Positions 10,601 to 20,380 are shown, counted from the first letter of the stretch. The stretch: 64,000 nucleotides of DNA from an uncultured Desulfobacterales bacterium (GCA_964513995.1 CAZEOQ010000007.1:6891-70890); one strand, 5' to 3'. The notes: generated by a model from the sequence alone, not told the origin. A program made the numbers and translations.

Positions 10601-11161
10601 GATTTCATTAAGTTTTTCTAAATTGCGATAAAAAAAGTTTACTGTTGCTACTAATATGTCAAAGTTTTTTTGATTAAAATCCTCTTTTTCCTTTTTTCTT
10701 CCAAGATAAGCCAAGATGTTTCTTGATATACCTGCCTTTTTGCAAAATTCCTTAAGCCTTTCTTCTGTCTGCTGGACAAGGAGTCTTGTAGGAACAAGGA
10801 TAAGAACCTTCTGGGAATCAAAACTCAGTGCAGAAATAAGACCAAATGTAGTTTTTCCTGTTCCTGTTGGTGCAACAATTGCAAATGATTCTCTAAAAAG
10901 CAGTCTTTTTATCCATGTCTCTTGAATTGGAAGAGGAGGATATCCTAAAGCTTTTTTAAAAAATTCAACAAATCTTTTAAACTCACTTTCAACTTTACAA
11001 AAATTCAAAAGATTTTTCAGTCTTCCACTTTCTTCAAGCTCTTTACAGACATCTTCCTTAGGTTCAGGAAGACAGCTCCTGCAAGGAAGTCCTTTTAACA
11101 AGCGATCATCACTTATTATACCACCACAGTTTGGACAGGCTCTTGCAACTAAGAAAATCAT
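7640..11161 (-). CDS. rgy: Reverse gyrase
   Basis: N-terminal CPNC...CRSC Zn finger, helicase motifs APTGTGKTTF, DDVD, SSAT, QASGRVSR; topo IA motifs IVESPNKA, DPDAEGE, SAGRVQ, catalytic ITYHRTDS, GLGRPSTY. ATG 11161 overlaps the smpB stop (ATGA). Confidence 0.97.
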   Translation of the reverse strand: MIFLVARACPNCGGIISDDRLLKGLPCRSCLPEPKEDVCKELEESGRLKNLLNFCKVESEFKRFVEFFKKALGYPPLPIQETWIKRLLFRESFAIVAPTGTGKTTFGLISALSFDSQKVLILVPTRLLVQQTEERLKEFCKKAGISRNILAYLGRKKEKEDFNQKNFDILVATVNFFYRNLEKLNEINFSFIFIDDVDSFLKRSSHIDSLFKLLGFSEEEIALALKHDKKEEDFEKLEEIRKRHSGKKILLLSSATLKPRGNRVMLFRFLLGFDIYQAVSNLRNVIDITDETYPEIDKACKRIASLLKILGKGGLLFVSSIFGKNGVEEVVKNLRKEGFKVLSYLELDPETLMEEMKRGEFDIAVGLSHIGNPLVRGIDLPYVLRYAIFLGVPKHVFPTKVSAVPRSLYNILVNVISILEDEERIRRFQDIQYLKKYLNLKEEDLERYPRIKQKCEKIKEFIEKKFKEKEFIERLENSEDVFLIRQDGEIYLVVGDSATYLQASGRVSRLTASGLLKGLSIVIPEDKRSLKSLTKRLKLHLGEEFSFRHISEIDLSAISEELTRIRKERKIDVSNQISTALVIVESPNKARTIASFFGKPTVRKVGDAFVYEIPTEDRILMITASLGHVFNLSRKKGFFGVFKEDSYFIPVFDTIKIVKSTGQQLVDPEEVEQKKEKGPIFDKQDLIKSFQRLAYEIKEVFIGSDPDAEGEKIAYDLFIQLSPFNKNINRLEFHEVTPRAFREALKNPVRFNLNRVKAQLARRVVDRWVGFTLSQRLWKEFKKTRLSAGRVQTPVLGWVIERAEEAKKKKAKISFRLWKYLFSVELEDTALAKNLFQEIKQGKLSVSFIEEKEQIKIPPPPYTTDTILQDASQRLGLSTNQTMKLLQELFESGLITYHRTDSTRISEVGRYQVAKRYIADKFGEELFYPREWAEEGAHEGIRPTRPQDESQVRFMIGAGFISLSDPNISVRLYDLIFRRFIASQMRQTKLKVKRLRFETPSYSWEDEAIFEILEEGFEKVFPTFSVASISEEIKVENVSFRLVPKADLYTEGTLVQEMKKRGLGRPSTYAEIVTTLINRNYIKVLPNGRLYPTRLGREVYKYLKQNFPRYIDESLTRQLEEAMDMIEEGNLDYQEVLRKAYEARNYIKEEEFMEYPEESLISYQEKWSEASPD

Positions 11162-11625
11162 ATTTTCCACCTTTTCCTTATACTTTCAAGTTCTCTTTTC
11201 AACTCTTTCTCCTTCAATTCCTTTCTTTTATCATACTTCTTTTTTCCTTTAGCTAAAGCAAGTTGAACTTTTGCCCATCCTCTTGGAGAAAAATATATCT
11301 TTATAGGAATAAGTGTATAACCTTTTTCTTCTGTCTTTCCTATAAGCCTGTTTATCTCTTTTTTATGTAAAAGAAGTTTTCTTGGTCTGTTTGGATCAAT
11401 AGATGTATGTCCAGCATATGGATATGGTTTTATATACATGTTATATAAGAAGACTTCTCCTTTTTTTATCTTTGCATAACTGTCCTTTATACTTACCCAT
11501 CCCTCTCTGAGAGATTTTACTTCTGGTCCTAAAAGGACTATCCCTGCTTCGTATACCTCATCTATAAAGTAATCATGTGCAGCCCTTCTGTTATAACAGA
11601 CTACCTTTATCTTTTCTTCATCCAT
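11158..11625 (-). CDS. smpB: SsrA-binding protein SmpB
   Basis: NRRAAHDY...EAGIVLLGPEVKSLR...RKLLLHKKEI...GKKKYDKR. Confidence 0.97.
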   Translation of the reverse strand: MDEEKIKVVCYNRRAAHDYFIDEVYEAGIVLLGPEVKSLREGWVSIKDSYAKIKKGEVFLYNMYIKPYPYAGHTSIDPNRPRKLLLHKKEINRLIGKTEEKGYTLIPIKIYFSPRGWAKVQLALAKGKKKYDKRKELKEKELKRELESIRKRWKI

Positions 11626-11627
11626 TC

Positions 11628-13394
11628 CTATAACCCCGTAAAGTATTGTTCTAAGTCAGGAAGAAGCCTCTTCATCCTTTCTGTGACATATGTCTTTATC
11701 TGCTTTGAAGTAGAGAATTCCAATATCTTTTCTGCATCCTTTTTCAATTCCTCTGCTGAAATAGATCTTATGATCCTTTTTATCAAAGGAATCACCCTGG
11801 GATTCATACTAAGTTTCTTAAGACCTAATCCTATAAGCAGTGGTACACATAAAGGATCACCAGCCATTTCACCACATAGAGATACAGGTATCCTGTTTTT
11901 CTCTGCTGATAGGATTACACTTTTTATCATCCTAAGTATTGCAGGATGGAAAGGTTCATAGAGATAAGCTACCTCCTTGTTTATCCTGTCTATGGCAAGC
12001 GTATATTGAATAAGATCATTTGTTCCTATGCTGAAAAAGTCTACATGCCTTGCTAAGGTGTCTGCTATTATTACAGTAGAAGGAACTTCTATTATTATTC
12101 CTATCTTTATGTTTCTGTTATATGGAATTCCTTCTGTGTCAAGTTCTTTTTTTACATCTTCTATCAGCTTCTTTGTTTCCAATATCTCTTCAAGACTTGA
12201 AATCATAGGAAGCATTATCTGAACATTCCCATAAGCACTTGCTCTTAGTATTGCTCTTAACTGAATCCTGAATATATCAGGATGTTTAAGACAGAATCTT
12301 ATTGCTCTAAGTCCAAGAGCAGGGTTTGTCTCTTCAACAGCTGTTATTTTTTCCTTTAGCTTATCAGCTCCTATATCCAGGGTTCTTATTATTATAGGAT
12401 CAGGAGCTATTGCCTCAGCAGCTTTTTTATAATCCTCAAAAAGCTCCTCTTCTTTTGGAAGCTCTTTATGGCTTAAATAGAGAAACTCTGTTCTGTAAAG
12501 TCCTATTCCTTCTGCCCCTTGTTCTTTTACGCTGAAAACCTCCTGAAGGAATTCTGTATTTGCCATAACAGAGATCCTGTGTCCATCCAGGGTTACCGCA
12601 GGAAGATATGCTTCCTTTAATATAGAATTCTTTACTTTTTCTCTCTGTCTTCTCCTTTCTTCATAATAAGATATGTCATCCTCATCTGGATTTACTATTA
12701 CCCTTCCTGTATCCCCATCTACTATCAGGATCGTTCCATCTTCTACTTTGTCTGTAACTGAACAAAGCCCCATAACAGCAGGAAGCTTCAAAGCCCTTGC
12801 TAATATAGCTGTATGAGAGGTCCTTCCTCCTCCATTTGTAACAAATCCAAGAACCTTGTCTGAATCAAGTTCTGCAGTATCTGCAGGAGAAAGATCGTGG
12901 GCAACAATTATAGCCCTTTCTTCCATATTGGATATATCTTCCTTTTTTTTTCCTGTAAGAATTCTCAGTATCCTTTGAACCACATTTTCCACATCACTTA
13001 TCCTTTCACTGATATAGCTGTCTTCTATTTGAGAAAAAAGCTTTTTTATCTCATCAAAAGCCCTTTTAAGAGCCCATTCTGCATTTATCTTCTCTTCCTT
13101 TATCCTCTCTACTGTGGCATCATAAAGCATACTGTCATTTAGGATCATAAGATGGCTGTCAAGGATAAATGCGTGTTCTTTAAGTTTATCTGGGAGTCTG
13201 TTTTTTAGATCTGAAAGCTGTCTTTTTACTTCTTCAACAGCTTTTTTAAACCTTTCTATTTCATACTGAACAAAACTTTCGTCTATCTTCCTTAAAGGAA
13301 CTTTAACTTTTTCCCTGTCAATAAGCCGTGCTTTTCCTATTATAATACCAGAAGATACAGGAATTCCTTGCATTTCTATTCTTTTTGAGACCAT
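11628..13394 (-). CDS. ptsI: PTS enzyme I (PEP-protein phosphotransferase)
   Basis: GGRTSHTAILAR phospho-His, GIGLYRTEF, RTLDIGADK, NPALGLRAIR, SIGTNDLIQY, CGEMAG. Confidence 0.95.
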   Translation of the reverse strand: MVSKRIEMQGIPVSSGIIIGKARLIDREKVKVPLRKIDESFVQYEIERFKKAVEEVKRQLSDLKNRLPDKLKEHAFILDSHLMILNDSMLYDATVERIKEEKINAEWALKRAFDEIKKLFSQIEDSYISERISDVENVVQRILRILTGKKKEDISNMEERAIIVAHDLSPADTAELDSDKVLGFVTNGGGRTSHTAILARALKLPAVMGLCSVTDKVEDGTILIVDGDTGRVIVNPDEDDISYYEERRRQREKVKNSILKEAYLPAVTLDGHRISVMANTEFLQEVFSVKEQGAEGIGLYRTEFLYLSHKELPKEEELFEDYKKAAEAIAPDPIIIRTLDIGADKLKEKITAVEETNPALGLRAIRFCLKHPDIFRIQLRAILRASAYGNVQIMLPMISSLEEILETKKLIEDVKKELDTEGIPYNRNIKIGIIIEVPSTVIIADTLARHVDFFSIGTNDLIQYTLAIDRINKEVAYLYEPFHPAILRMIKSVILSAEKNRIPVSLCGEMAGDPLCVPLLIGLGLKKLSMNPRVIPLIKRIIRSISAEELKKDAEKILEFSTSKQIKTYVTERMKRLLPDLEQYFTGL

Positions 13395-13666
13395 CAGAGC
13401 TCTCCGAATCCTTTTTCAAAAAGCTCTGTAATCTTCTCTATAAGATCTTCTGCATCCTCTCCAACAACTTTTACCTCAAGTTCTGTCCCTTTGGGACAGT
13501 TCAGTGTAAGTATTGAAAGTATGCTGTCTCCTTCTACAGTCTGATTCCCTTTTCTAAAATATACCTTTGACTTGTGTTTCCTTATAAGATTCACAATCTG
13601 TGCAGCACTTCTTGCATGAAGTCCAAGTTCATTTTTTACCCTAAGCTTTTTCACAAACTCCATCAA
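13394..13666 (-). CDS. ptsH: HPr phosphocarrier protein
   Basis: NELGLHARSAA (His15) and DSILSILTL (Ser46 region). Confidence 0.93.
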   Translation of the reverse strand: MMEFVKKLRVKNELGLHARSAAQIVNLIRKHKSKVYFRKGNQTVEGDSILSILTLNCPKGTELEVKVVGEDAEDLIEKITELFEKGFGEL

Positions 13667-14519
13667 ATATCCTTTTTCTTTCCAGACACTTTTTGTATAT
13701 CTTTCTATAAGAAATGCCTTTCTTTTTTGAAATAGTTTCAGCTATATCTTTTGTACTTAAACCTTCTTTTATCAATTCGTCTATTTCTTTTATCGTATCT
13801 TCATCAAAAGAAACCTCTTTTTTCCTCTCTTTTGGAAAAAGAATGATTATATATTCTCCTTTTATCTCCTTTTCAGAAATCTCATCTATGATCTCATCTA
13901 AGTATCCTCTTTTTATCTCCTCGTGTATCTTTGTAAGTTCTTTCAAAAGGACGATCTTTCTGTTATCAAATACCTTTCTTATGTCTTCAAGTGTATCCAA
14001 AAGTCTGTGTGGTGCTTCAAAAAATATAATAGGAACTTCTTCTTCTTTCAACAGATTTAACTTCTTTATTCTTGCACTGGACTTTGAAGGAAGAAAGCCT
14101 ACAAAGAGAAAGCCAGAGGATGAAATCCCTGATACAGAAATTGCTGCTGTTACAGAAGAAGGACCTGGAACAGGGATTACCTGAATTCCTGAGTCAAGAG
14201 CATTACTTACAAGATAAGCTCCAGGATCAGATACTGAAGGAGTTCCTGCATCAGATATAAGAGCTATGTTATATCCTGAATTTAATTTCTCTATTATCTT
14301 TGGTGTTACTTTTTTTTGATTTTCTCTCCTGTAACTTATAAGCTTTCTTTCATCTATTCCATAATGTTTCAAAAGGACTTTTGCCCTTCTCATATTTTCT
14401 GCTGCTATAAAGTCCACTTCTTTCAAGATCCTTATAGCTCTAAGAGTTATGTCTTCTAAGTTCCCTATGGGAGTTGCTACGACATAAAGACAGCCTTTTT
14501 TAACTGATTTCAAAGGCAT
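13641..14519 (-). CDS. rsmI: 16S rRNA C1402 2'-O-methyltransferase RsmI
   Basis: LYVVATPIGNLEDITLRA, SDAGTPSVSDPG, FFEAPHR, KELTKIHEE. Confidence 0.95.
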   Translation of the reverse strand: MPLKSVKKGCLYVVATPIGNLEDITLRAIRILKEVDFIAAENMRRAKVLLKHYGIDERKLISYRRENQKKVTPKIIEKLNSGYNIALISDAGTPSVSDPGAYLVSNALDSGIQVIPVPGPSSVTAAISVSGISSSGFLFVGFLPSKSSARIKKLNLLKEEEVPIIFFEAPHRLLDTLEDIRKVFDNRKIVLLKELTKIHEEIKRGYLDEIIDEISEKEIKGEYIIILFPKERKKEVSFDEDTIKEIDELIKEGLSTKDIAETISKKKGISYRKIYKKCLERKRIFDGVCEKA

Positions 14520-14853
14520 TTCTTATAAGTTCAACTTTAATCCCATTTTCCATAGATATCGCAACGACATCAAATCTTGCTTTATTCCCAATAAACCCTC
14601 TTTTTTTCATATAAGCTAATGCCAACTGATAAAGCTTCTTCTTTTTCCTTCTGTCAACAGCCTCTTTTGCAGCAACTATGGACTTTCTTCTCGTTTTTAC
14701 TTCTATAAATACCAGAACATCACCATCTTTTGCTATTATGTCAACCTCTCCTAAACTTGTCTTATAATTCCTTTCAAGGACCTTATAACCCCTTTTCTTT
14801 ATCTCTCTTAAAGCAATCTCTTCTCCTTTTAATCCAAGATCAATCCTTGACAA
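14500..14853 (-). CDS. yraN: YraN family (UPF0102) putative endonuclease
   Basis: GLKGEEIA...GYKVLERNY...GEVDIIAKDGDVLVFIEVKTR...RFDVVAI. Start probably TTG 14853 or GTG 14859 after AAGGAG. Confidence 0.9.
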   Translation of the reverse strand: MSRIDLGLKGEEIALREIKKRGYKVLERNYKTSLGEVDIIAKDGDVLVFIEVKTRRKSIVAAKEAVDRRKKKKLYQLALAYMKKRGFIGNKARFDVVAISMENGIKVELIRNAFEIS

Positions 14854-15406
14854 ATTCACGAACTCCTTTGAATGAATAGCGATGAAGAGGACAGGGACCA
14901 TAGATTCTTATCTTTTTCAAATGCTCTTTTGTAGGATAGCCTTTATTTTTTGAAAGATTATACATAGGATAATCTCTGTGATATGCATTTAGTATCCTGT
15001 CTCTGTATACTTTTGCTACAATAGAAGCTGCTGAGATTATCTTATTTAACTTATCCCCTTTCTTTATACACTTCTGAGGTATAGGAACAGGAATCTTGTG
15101 AATACCGTCTACGAGGATAAGATCAGGCATTTTAGAAAGACCTAAAACAGCTTTTTTCATAGCTTCTAAGGTTGCATTGTGTATATTATATTTGTCAATG
15201 AAACGGTGAGATACAACACCTACAGAAACAGAAATAGCATATTTGCATATAAGTGAAAAAGCCTTCTCTCTTGAGACTGGACTCATGGATTTGGAATCTT
15301 TTATATGTGAAAAAAGCTCCTCATCTTCTGGAATAATAACAGCTCCTGCTACTACTGGTCCTAAAAGAGAACCTCTTCCTGCTTCATCCACTCCTGCAAT
15401 AATTAT
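14840..15406 (-). CDS. rnhB: Ribonuclease HII; start codon uncertain, possibly ATA/ATT
   Basis: IIAGVDEAGRGSLLGPVVA, KDSK, VDG, KGD, ISAASIVAKVYRD, KGYPTKEH, HRYSF. Confidence 0.93.
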   Translation of the reverse strand: MIIAGVDEAGRGSLLGPVVAGAVIIPEDEELFSHIKDSKSMSPVSREKAFSLICKYAISVSVGVVSHRFIDKYNIHNATLEAMKKAVLGLSKMPDLILVDGIHKIPVPIPQKCIKKGDKLNKIISAASIVAKVYRDRILNAYHRDYPMYNLSKNKGYPTKEHLKKIRIYGPCPLHRYSFKGVREFVKD

Positions 15407-15411
15407 AGCTT

Positions 15412-15756
15412 TTACCTCCTTTCTTTTATCCTGGCAGCTTTTCCACTCAGTTCTCTGAGATAATAAAGTCTTGCCCTTCTTACTTTTCCTCTCCTTACAA
15501 CCTCTATCTTTTCTATAAGAGGTGAATGAAGAGGAAATATCCTTTCTACTCCAACTCCGTATGATACTTTTCTTACAGTAAATGTTGCTCCAAGATTCCC
15601 TCTCCTTTTTCTTATTACAACTCCTTCAAAGACCTGAATCCTTTCTCTATCTCCTTCCTTTATCTTCATATAAACCCTTACGGTATCACCTGGTCTAAAG
15701 TCAGGTATGTCCTTTCTCATCTGCTCTTTTTCTAACATGTCTATAATTTTGTCCAT
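15412..15756 (-). CDS. rplS: 50S ribosomal protein L19
   Basis: FRPGDTVRV...[10 protein letters not shown]...[22 protein letters not shown]...[12 protein letters not shown]. Confidence 0.98.
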   Translation of the reverse strand: MDKIIDMLEKEQMRKDIPDFRPGDTVRVYMKIKEGDRERIQVFEGVVIRKRRGNLGATFTVRKVSYGVGVERIFPLHSPLIEKIEVVRRGKVRRARLYYLRELSGKAARIKERR

Positions 15757-15759
15757 CCT

Positions 15760-16311
15760 TTATCCCTCCCCAATCAATCTATCTATAATTATAGCAGCTG
15801 CTGTTCTTACTGAAAGATGTCTGTAATCTCCTCTGCCATATATAGGTTCCAATACAAAGTCCACATTTTCAAGAACTTCTTTGTGCAATCCCCATGCTGT
15901 TCCAAAAAGTATAAAGACTGTCTTTTTTTCTAAGATCTTTCTTGCATCTTCAAAGGATATAAACCTTTTCTGCCTTTTTGCATCAGTAGCAATTATAACA
16001 GGTCTTTCTTTTTCTCTTTCTTCTATCTTCCTCACTGCTTCCTCTATTGACTCAACAACATCTACTAGCCTTATTGCTTCTTTTCTGTCAGGATTATATT
16101 TGGCTCCATATCCTTTTGTCCAGTGATCTATTATGGCTTTTACAATTCTTTGTTGATCTATAAGAGGAGTAATTACATAAAATCTCTTTACTTCGTATGT
16201 CCTGGAAAGCCTTGCTATATCGTGAATGTCCAATGTCGTTATAGAAGAAGCTATCTTTTCCATGTTCTTATTGTATACTGGATAATGAACAAGTCCTACA
16301 TATGTCCTCAT
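15760..16311 (-). CDS. SPOUT-type RNA methyltransferase (DUF2168-like partner of TrmD)
   Basis: LVHYPVYNK...[15 protein letters not shown]...[14 protein letters not shown]...FGTAWGL...[17 protein letters not shown]; typical position after trmD. Confidence 0.88.
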   Translation of the reverse strand: MRTYVGLVHYPVYNKNMEKIASSITTLDIHDIARLSRTYEVKRFYVITPLIDQQRIVKAIIDHWTKGYGAKYNPDRKEAIRLVDVVESIEEAVRKIEEREKERPVIIATDAKRQKRFISFEDARKILEKKTVFILFGTAWGLHKEVLENVDFVLEPIYGRGDYRHLSVRTAAAIIIDRLIGEG

Positions 16312-17039
16312 TCTTTCTTGAGACTTTTTAAAATTTCAAGATCTTCAGCAGTAAGTTTTGCTTTTTTCAGAAGATCAGGTCTTCTTTCAAGTGTCCTTCT
16401 TAATGCCTCTTTTCTTCTCCACTTCCTTATCTTTTCATGATCTCCTGAAAGAAGGACATCTGGGACTTTTAATCCCTGAAACTCTCTTGGTCTTGTATAC
16501 TGAGGATATTCCAAAAGTCCATTACAGAAAGATTCTTCAACATTTGATCTTTCTCCTCCTAAAACCCCTGGAATAAGCCTGCTTACAGTGTCAATAATAA
16601 CCAATGCTGCAAGCTCTCCTCCACTGAGTATATAATCTCCTATGGATATCTCCATATCTGCACAGAGTATCCTTATCCTTTCGTCTATTCCTTCATATCT
16701 TCCACAGATAAATATAAGCTGATCATATTCTTTTGCAAATTCCCATGCCATTTCCTGATTAAAGAGAGATCCTTGAGGTGAAAGTAATATCACTTTACTT
16801 TTTTTTAGTCTTTCTACAGACTGAATAGCTTTAAAAATAGGCTCTGGCTTCATTACCATTCCATCTCCACCACCATAAGGTCTATCATCTATAAGCTTTT
16901 TCCTTTTTCCTTCTGCAAACTCTTTTATGTCCACTATGTTTACCTTTATTAAACCTTTCTCTATGGCTTTTCCTAAGACACCATGTTTGAGATAAGCAGG
17001 AAAGATTTCAGGAAAGATGGTGAGTATGTCAAATCTCAT
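16308..17039 (-). CDS. trmD: tRNA (guanine37-N1)-methyltransferase
   Basis: [52 protein letters not shown]. Confidence 0.97.
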   Translation of the reverse strand: MRFDILTIFPEIFPAYLKHGVLGKAIEKGLIKVNIVDIKEFAEGKRKKLIDDRPYGGGDGMVMKPEPIFKAIQSVERLKKSKVILLSPQGSLFNQEMAWEFAKEYDQLIFICGRYEGIDERIRILCADMEISIGDYILSGGELAALVIIDTVSRLIPGVLGGERSNVEESFCNGLLEYPQYTRPREFQGLKVPDVLLSGDHEKIRKWRRKEALRRTLERRPDLLKKAKLTAEDLEILKSLKKE

Positions 17040-17584
17040 CTCCTTTTTTTCTTTTTTTCTCCAAGTTCAAGAAGCCCATCAAGAGGATTTATTATCATTT
17101 TTTGATCTTCTAAGTTTATCTCTTTTATCACATCATCTATGGCTGGAATAAGATACTCCCTGTCTTTTTCTTCTACTACATAAACATCATTGCTTCCTGT
17201 CTGAAGTATCTCTGTTACTTTACCAATATATCTTCCATCAACAAGATATACCTTTAATCCTATTATTTCAAACCAGAAAAATTCATCTTCTTCTTTCTCT
17301 AAGATACTTTTGTCTATATATAAATCAATCCCTCTAAACTCTTCTGCATCATTTCTTGTCGTAATTCCTTCAAGCTTAAGTAAAAGATAGTCCTCTTTTA
17401 GAGGCTTAACAAAAATAAGTCTTCTTTCTTCTAATTTCCCTTTGACATAAAAATAAACTTTTCCTGCTTTTGAGAAGGTGGCAGGAGAGCTTGCATAAGA
17501 TTTTATCTTAAGAGCTCCCCTTATACCATGAGGTCTTACCACCTTCCCAATAAGAAGCAGGTTTTCAGAAATTGTTCTGCTCAA
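17036..17584 (-). CDS. rimM: Ribosome maturation factor RimM
   Basis: [36 protein letters not shown]. Confidence 0.95.
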   Translation of the reverse strand: MSRTISENLLLIGKVVRPHGIRGALKIKSYASSPATFSKAGKVYFYVKGKLEERRLIFVKPLKEDYLLLKLEGITTRNDAEEFRGIDLYIDKSILEKEEDEFFWFEIIGLKVYLVDGRYIGKVTEILQTGSNDVYVVEEKDREYLIPAIDDVIKEINLEDQKMIINPLDGLLELGEKKKKRR

Positions 17585-17595
17585 GGTCTTTCTTT

Positions 17596-17826
17596 CTATT
17601 CTATAATTTCTAATACTGCCCTTTTCCCAATCTTAGTGGATGCAGCATTTAAAAGAGTCCTTATTGCCCTTGCTGTTCTTCCCTGCTTTCCTATTACCTT
17701 TCCAAGATCCTCCTTAGCTACTTTAAGCTCAATTACAGCTGTCTGTTCTCCTTGTATCTCTTTTACCTGAACCTGATCTGGTCTGTCTACCAATGCCTTT
17801 GCAATGTATTCAACCAACTCCTTCAT
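17596..17826 (-). CDS. khpA: KH-domain RNA-binding protein KhpA
   Basis: [14 protein letters not shown]...[17 protein letters not shown]; lies between rpsP and rimM. Confidence 0.93.
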   Translation of the reverse strand: MKELVEYIAKALVDRPDQVQVKEIQGEQTAVIELKVAKEDLGKVIGKQGRTARAIRTLLNAASTKIGKRAVLEIIE

Positions 17827-17857
17827 AAGCTCCCTCCGTTTCTTTTTTCACTCCATG

Positions 17858-18115
17858 TCAGTTAGAAGACTTTTTAAGAATGCCTTCTTTTTTAAGAAGT
17901 GCCCTTGCTGCTTCTGTTACAAGGGCACCTTTTTCTAACCAATATTTCACCTTTTCTTTGTTTATCTTTATCTCAGCAGGATCTTTTAATGGATCATAAT
18001 AGCCTAAGATGTCCAAAAATTTTCCATCTCTAGGAGATTCTGAATCTGCTGCAACGATTCTATAAAAAGGTCTGTTCCTTGCTCCCATCCTCATGAGCCG
18101 GATCCTTACAGCCAT
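17858..18115 (-). CDS. rpsP: 30S ribosomal protein S16
   Basis: [33 protein letters not shown]...GYYDP; start at ATG 18115 after GGAGG. Confidence 0.97.
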   Translation of the reverse strand: MAVRIRLMRMGARNRPFYRIVAADSESPRDGKFLDILGYYDPLKDPAEIKINKEKVKYWLEKGALVTEAARALLKKEGILKKSSN

Positions 18116-18168
18116 CTTTTCTGCCTCCACTTTTGTTAGTTTCTTATATCAGATTTTTCAAAATATAT

Positions 18169-19491
18169 CTACTTAAATATTGAATCAAAATCTGCAAGTC
18201 CTTTCTTAGAAAGCTGTTCAAGCATCTTTTTCATTCTATCAAAGTTTTTTAAAAGTCTGTTTACATCCTGAACAGTCGTTCCACTTCCTTTTGCTATCCT
18301 CCTCTTTCTACTTCCTTTTATTATCTTATAATTCCTCCTTTCTTCCTTTGTCATTGAATTTATAATTGCTTCTATCTTTACAAGCTCTTTTTCATCTATC
18401 TGAAGCTTCTTCATGTGTTTCAGATGCTCCATACCAGGAATCATACTTATAAGCTGATCCAAAGGACCAAGTTTTCTTATAAGTTTCAGGTGATACAGAA
18501 AGTCTTCTAAATCAAACTCCTTCTCTTTTATCTTCTTCTGAATCCTTTGTATCTCATCCTGAGAGATCTGTTCCTGAGCCTTTTCAATTAAGGTAAGTAT
18601 ATCTCCCATTCCCAGGATCTTTGAAGCAATCCTATCAGGATGAAATACCTCCAAGGCATCTATCTTTTCACCTGTTCCAATAAACTTTATAGGCTTTCCT
18701 ACTGTAGCTTTTATAGAAAGTGCTGCTCCTCCTCTTGCATCTCCTTCCATCTTTGTAAGAATGACCCCTGTAATCTCAAGTGCTTCATTAAACTCCTTAG
18801 CTATATTTACAGCATCTTGTCCTGTCATAGCATCTGCAACCAAAAGTATTTCACAAGGTTCAATACTTTCTTTTATTTTCACAAGCTCATCCATAAGTTC
18901 TCTGTCTATATGAAGACGTCCAGCAGTGTCAACAATAAGGATATCAGAACCATTTTTTAAGGCTTCTTTTTTTGCATTGATACAGATCTTTTCAGCATCT
19001 TTTTGCTGATGATCATATATAGGGACATTTATCTGGCTGGCTAATTTCTTTAGCTGTTCCAGTGCAGCAGGTCTATATGGATCAGCAGAGACGAGATATG
19101 GATTCCTTCCTTTCTTTTTCAGAAATAGGGCAAGTTTTGCTGCTGTGGTCGTCTTTCCAGAACCTTGAAGTCCAACCAGCATGATGACATAAGGAGGATT
19201 TCCTCTTAGGTTAAGTTCTGTAGCAGTTTCTCCCATAAGTCTTTTCAGTTCTTCATAGACTATTTTTATTACCTGCTGTCCAGGAGTAAGACTTTCTAAT
19301 ACTTCCTGCCCAATTGCTCTTTTTTTTACATCTTCTATAAACTTCTTCACAACCCTGTAATTTACATCAGCTTCAAGAAGGGCTATCCTGACTTCCTTAA
19401 GAGCTTCTTTGATGTTTTCTTCTGTAAGGACTCCTCTTCCTTTTATCTTCCTGAATACCTTAGATAACTTCTCTGTTAAACTCTCAAACAT
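18169..19491 (-). CDS. ffh: Signal recognition particle protein Ffh
   Basis: ALLEADV, GLQGSGKTT, DTAGR, TKMEGDARGGAALS, M domain (GSRKRRIAKGSG). Confidence 0.98.
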   Translation of the reverse strand: MFESLTEKLSKVFRKIKGRGVLTEENIKEALKEVRIALLEADVNYRVVKKFIEDVKKRAIGQEVLESLTPGQQVIKIVYEELKRLMGETATELNLRGNPPYVIMLVGLQGSGKTTTAAKLALFLKKKGRNPYLVSADPYRPAALEQLKKLASQINVPIYDHQQKDAEKICINAKKEALKNGSDILIVDTAGRLHIDRELMDELVKIKESIEPCEILLVADAMTGQDAVNIAKEFNEALEITGVILTKMEGDARGGAALSIKATVGKPIKFIGTGEKIDALEVFHPDRIASKILGMGDILTLIEKAQEQISQDEIQRIQKKIKEKEFDLEDFLYHLKLIRKLGPLDQLISMIPGMEHLKHMKKLQIDEKELVKIEAIINSMTKEERRNYKIIKGSRKRRIAKGSGTTVQDVNRLLKNFDRMKKMLEQLSKKGLADFDSIFK

Positions 19492-19616
19492 CTTTCATTC
19501 CTCTTTTTTCATTATATTACACAAAAAAATCCAAAATTAAAACCAATAATTATTACTTGAATCATCACTACTATTATGATATGGAAAAACAGAAATTTTT
19601 AAACAGGAGGAAAAAA

Positions 19617-19892
19617 ATGGCAATTCTTGGAGGCGGAATAATTGCTCTTATTCTTGGAATTATAGGACTTATAGCATGGTGGTCTGATTTTCTTGTGATA
19701 ATTAAAGGAGGAATTCCATTAATGCTCATATTAGGAGGAGCACTTGCTTCATATTTGGGATATGAAGAATATAAGGATAAGAAGGCTATGGAGTCAATCT
19801 CAGAGTCAGAAGAAGATCTGAAGCAGGAAGTTGAAAGACTGAAAAAGGAGATAGAGGAATTGAGAGAAAAGAAAGAGGAGAAGAAAGAATAA
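19617..19892 (+). CDS. Hypothetical small membrane protein (2 TM helices plus charged coiled-coil tail)
   Basis: ATG 19617 preceded by AGGAGG; hydrophobic N-half and E/K-rich C-tail. Confidence 0.75.
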   Translation: MAILGGGIIALILGIIGLIAWWSDFLVIIKGGIPLMLILGGALASYLGYEEYKDKKAMESISESEEDLKQEVERLKKEIEELREKKEEKKE

Positions 19893-19893
19893 G

Positions 19894-20310
19894 CTATTTT
19901 ATGATCTCAAGTTCACTAAAAAAATATCTTATCTCAAAATCAGCACTTTCTTTAGAATCTGAACCGTGAACAGCATTCTTTTCTATGTCTGTCCCAAACT
20001 CTCTTCTTATTGTCCCTGGCTTTGCCTTCTTTGAATCTGTTTCTCCCATAAGCCTTCTGTATCTTTCTATTACATCTTCTCCCTCAAGAACCATTACTAT
20101 ACAAGGACCTGAAGACATAAAATCTGTAAGACTTTCAAAAAAGGGTTTTTCTTTATGAACATGATAAAAACCTTTTGCCTGCTCTTTTGTCATTTTTATC
20201 ATCTTCATAGCCACAATCTTTATTCCCTCTTCTTCAATCCTCTGAATAATCTTTCCAACAACTTTTTTTGAAACTGCATCAGGTTTTATAATAGCAAGTG
20301 TTCTTTCCAT
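19894..20310 (-). CDS. ndk: Nucleoside diphosphate kinase
   Basis: MERTLAIIKPDAV...FMSSGP...PGTIR...NAVHGSDS. Confidence 0.97.
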   Translation of the reverse strand: MERTLAIIKPDAVSKKVVGKIIQRIEEEGIKIVAMKMIKMTKEQAKGFYHVHKEKPFFESLTDFMSSGPCIVMVLEGEDVIERYRRLMGETDSKKAKPGTIRREFGTDIEKNAVHGSDSKESADFEIRYFFSELEIIK

Positions 20311-20354
20311 ATTTATTCCCCCTTTTTTATAGTTTAACTTTTTGATATAAGGCA

Positions 20355-20380
20355 ATAATACTTTTAGAGTCAAGTATTAT
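20355..20380. promoter_or_regulatory. 9-8-9 inverted repeat, candidate operator between ndk and the YkgJ pair
   Basis: ATAATACTT-ttagagtc-AAGTATTAT; overlaps a minus-strand TTGACT and the plus-strand ATG at 20379. Confidence 0.4.

Noticed and set aside
19545-19582. Fur/PerR-like box and ATCAT-N10-ATGAT repeat between ffh and the membrane protein gene
   Set aside because: Only a partial match made of A/T in an AT-rich spacer; no iron-related neighbour.
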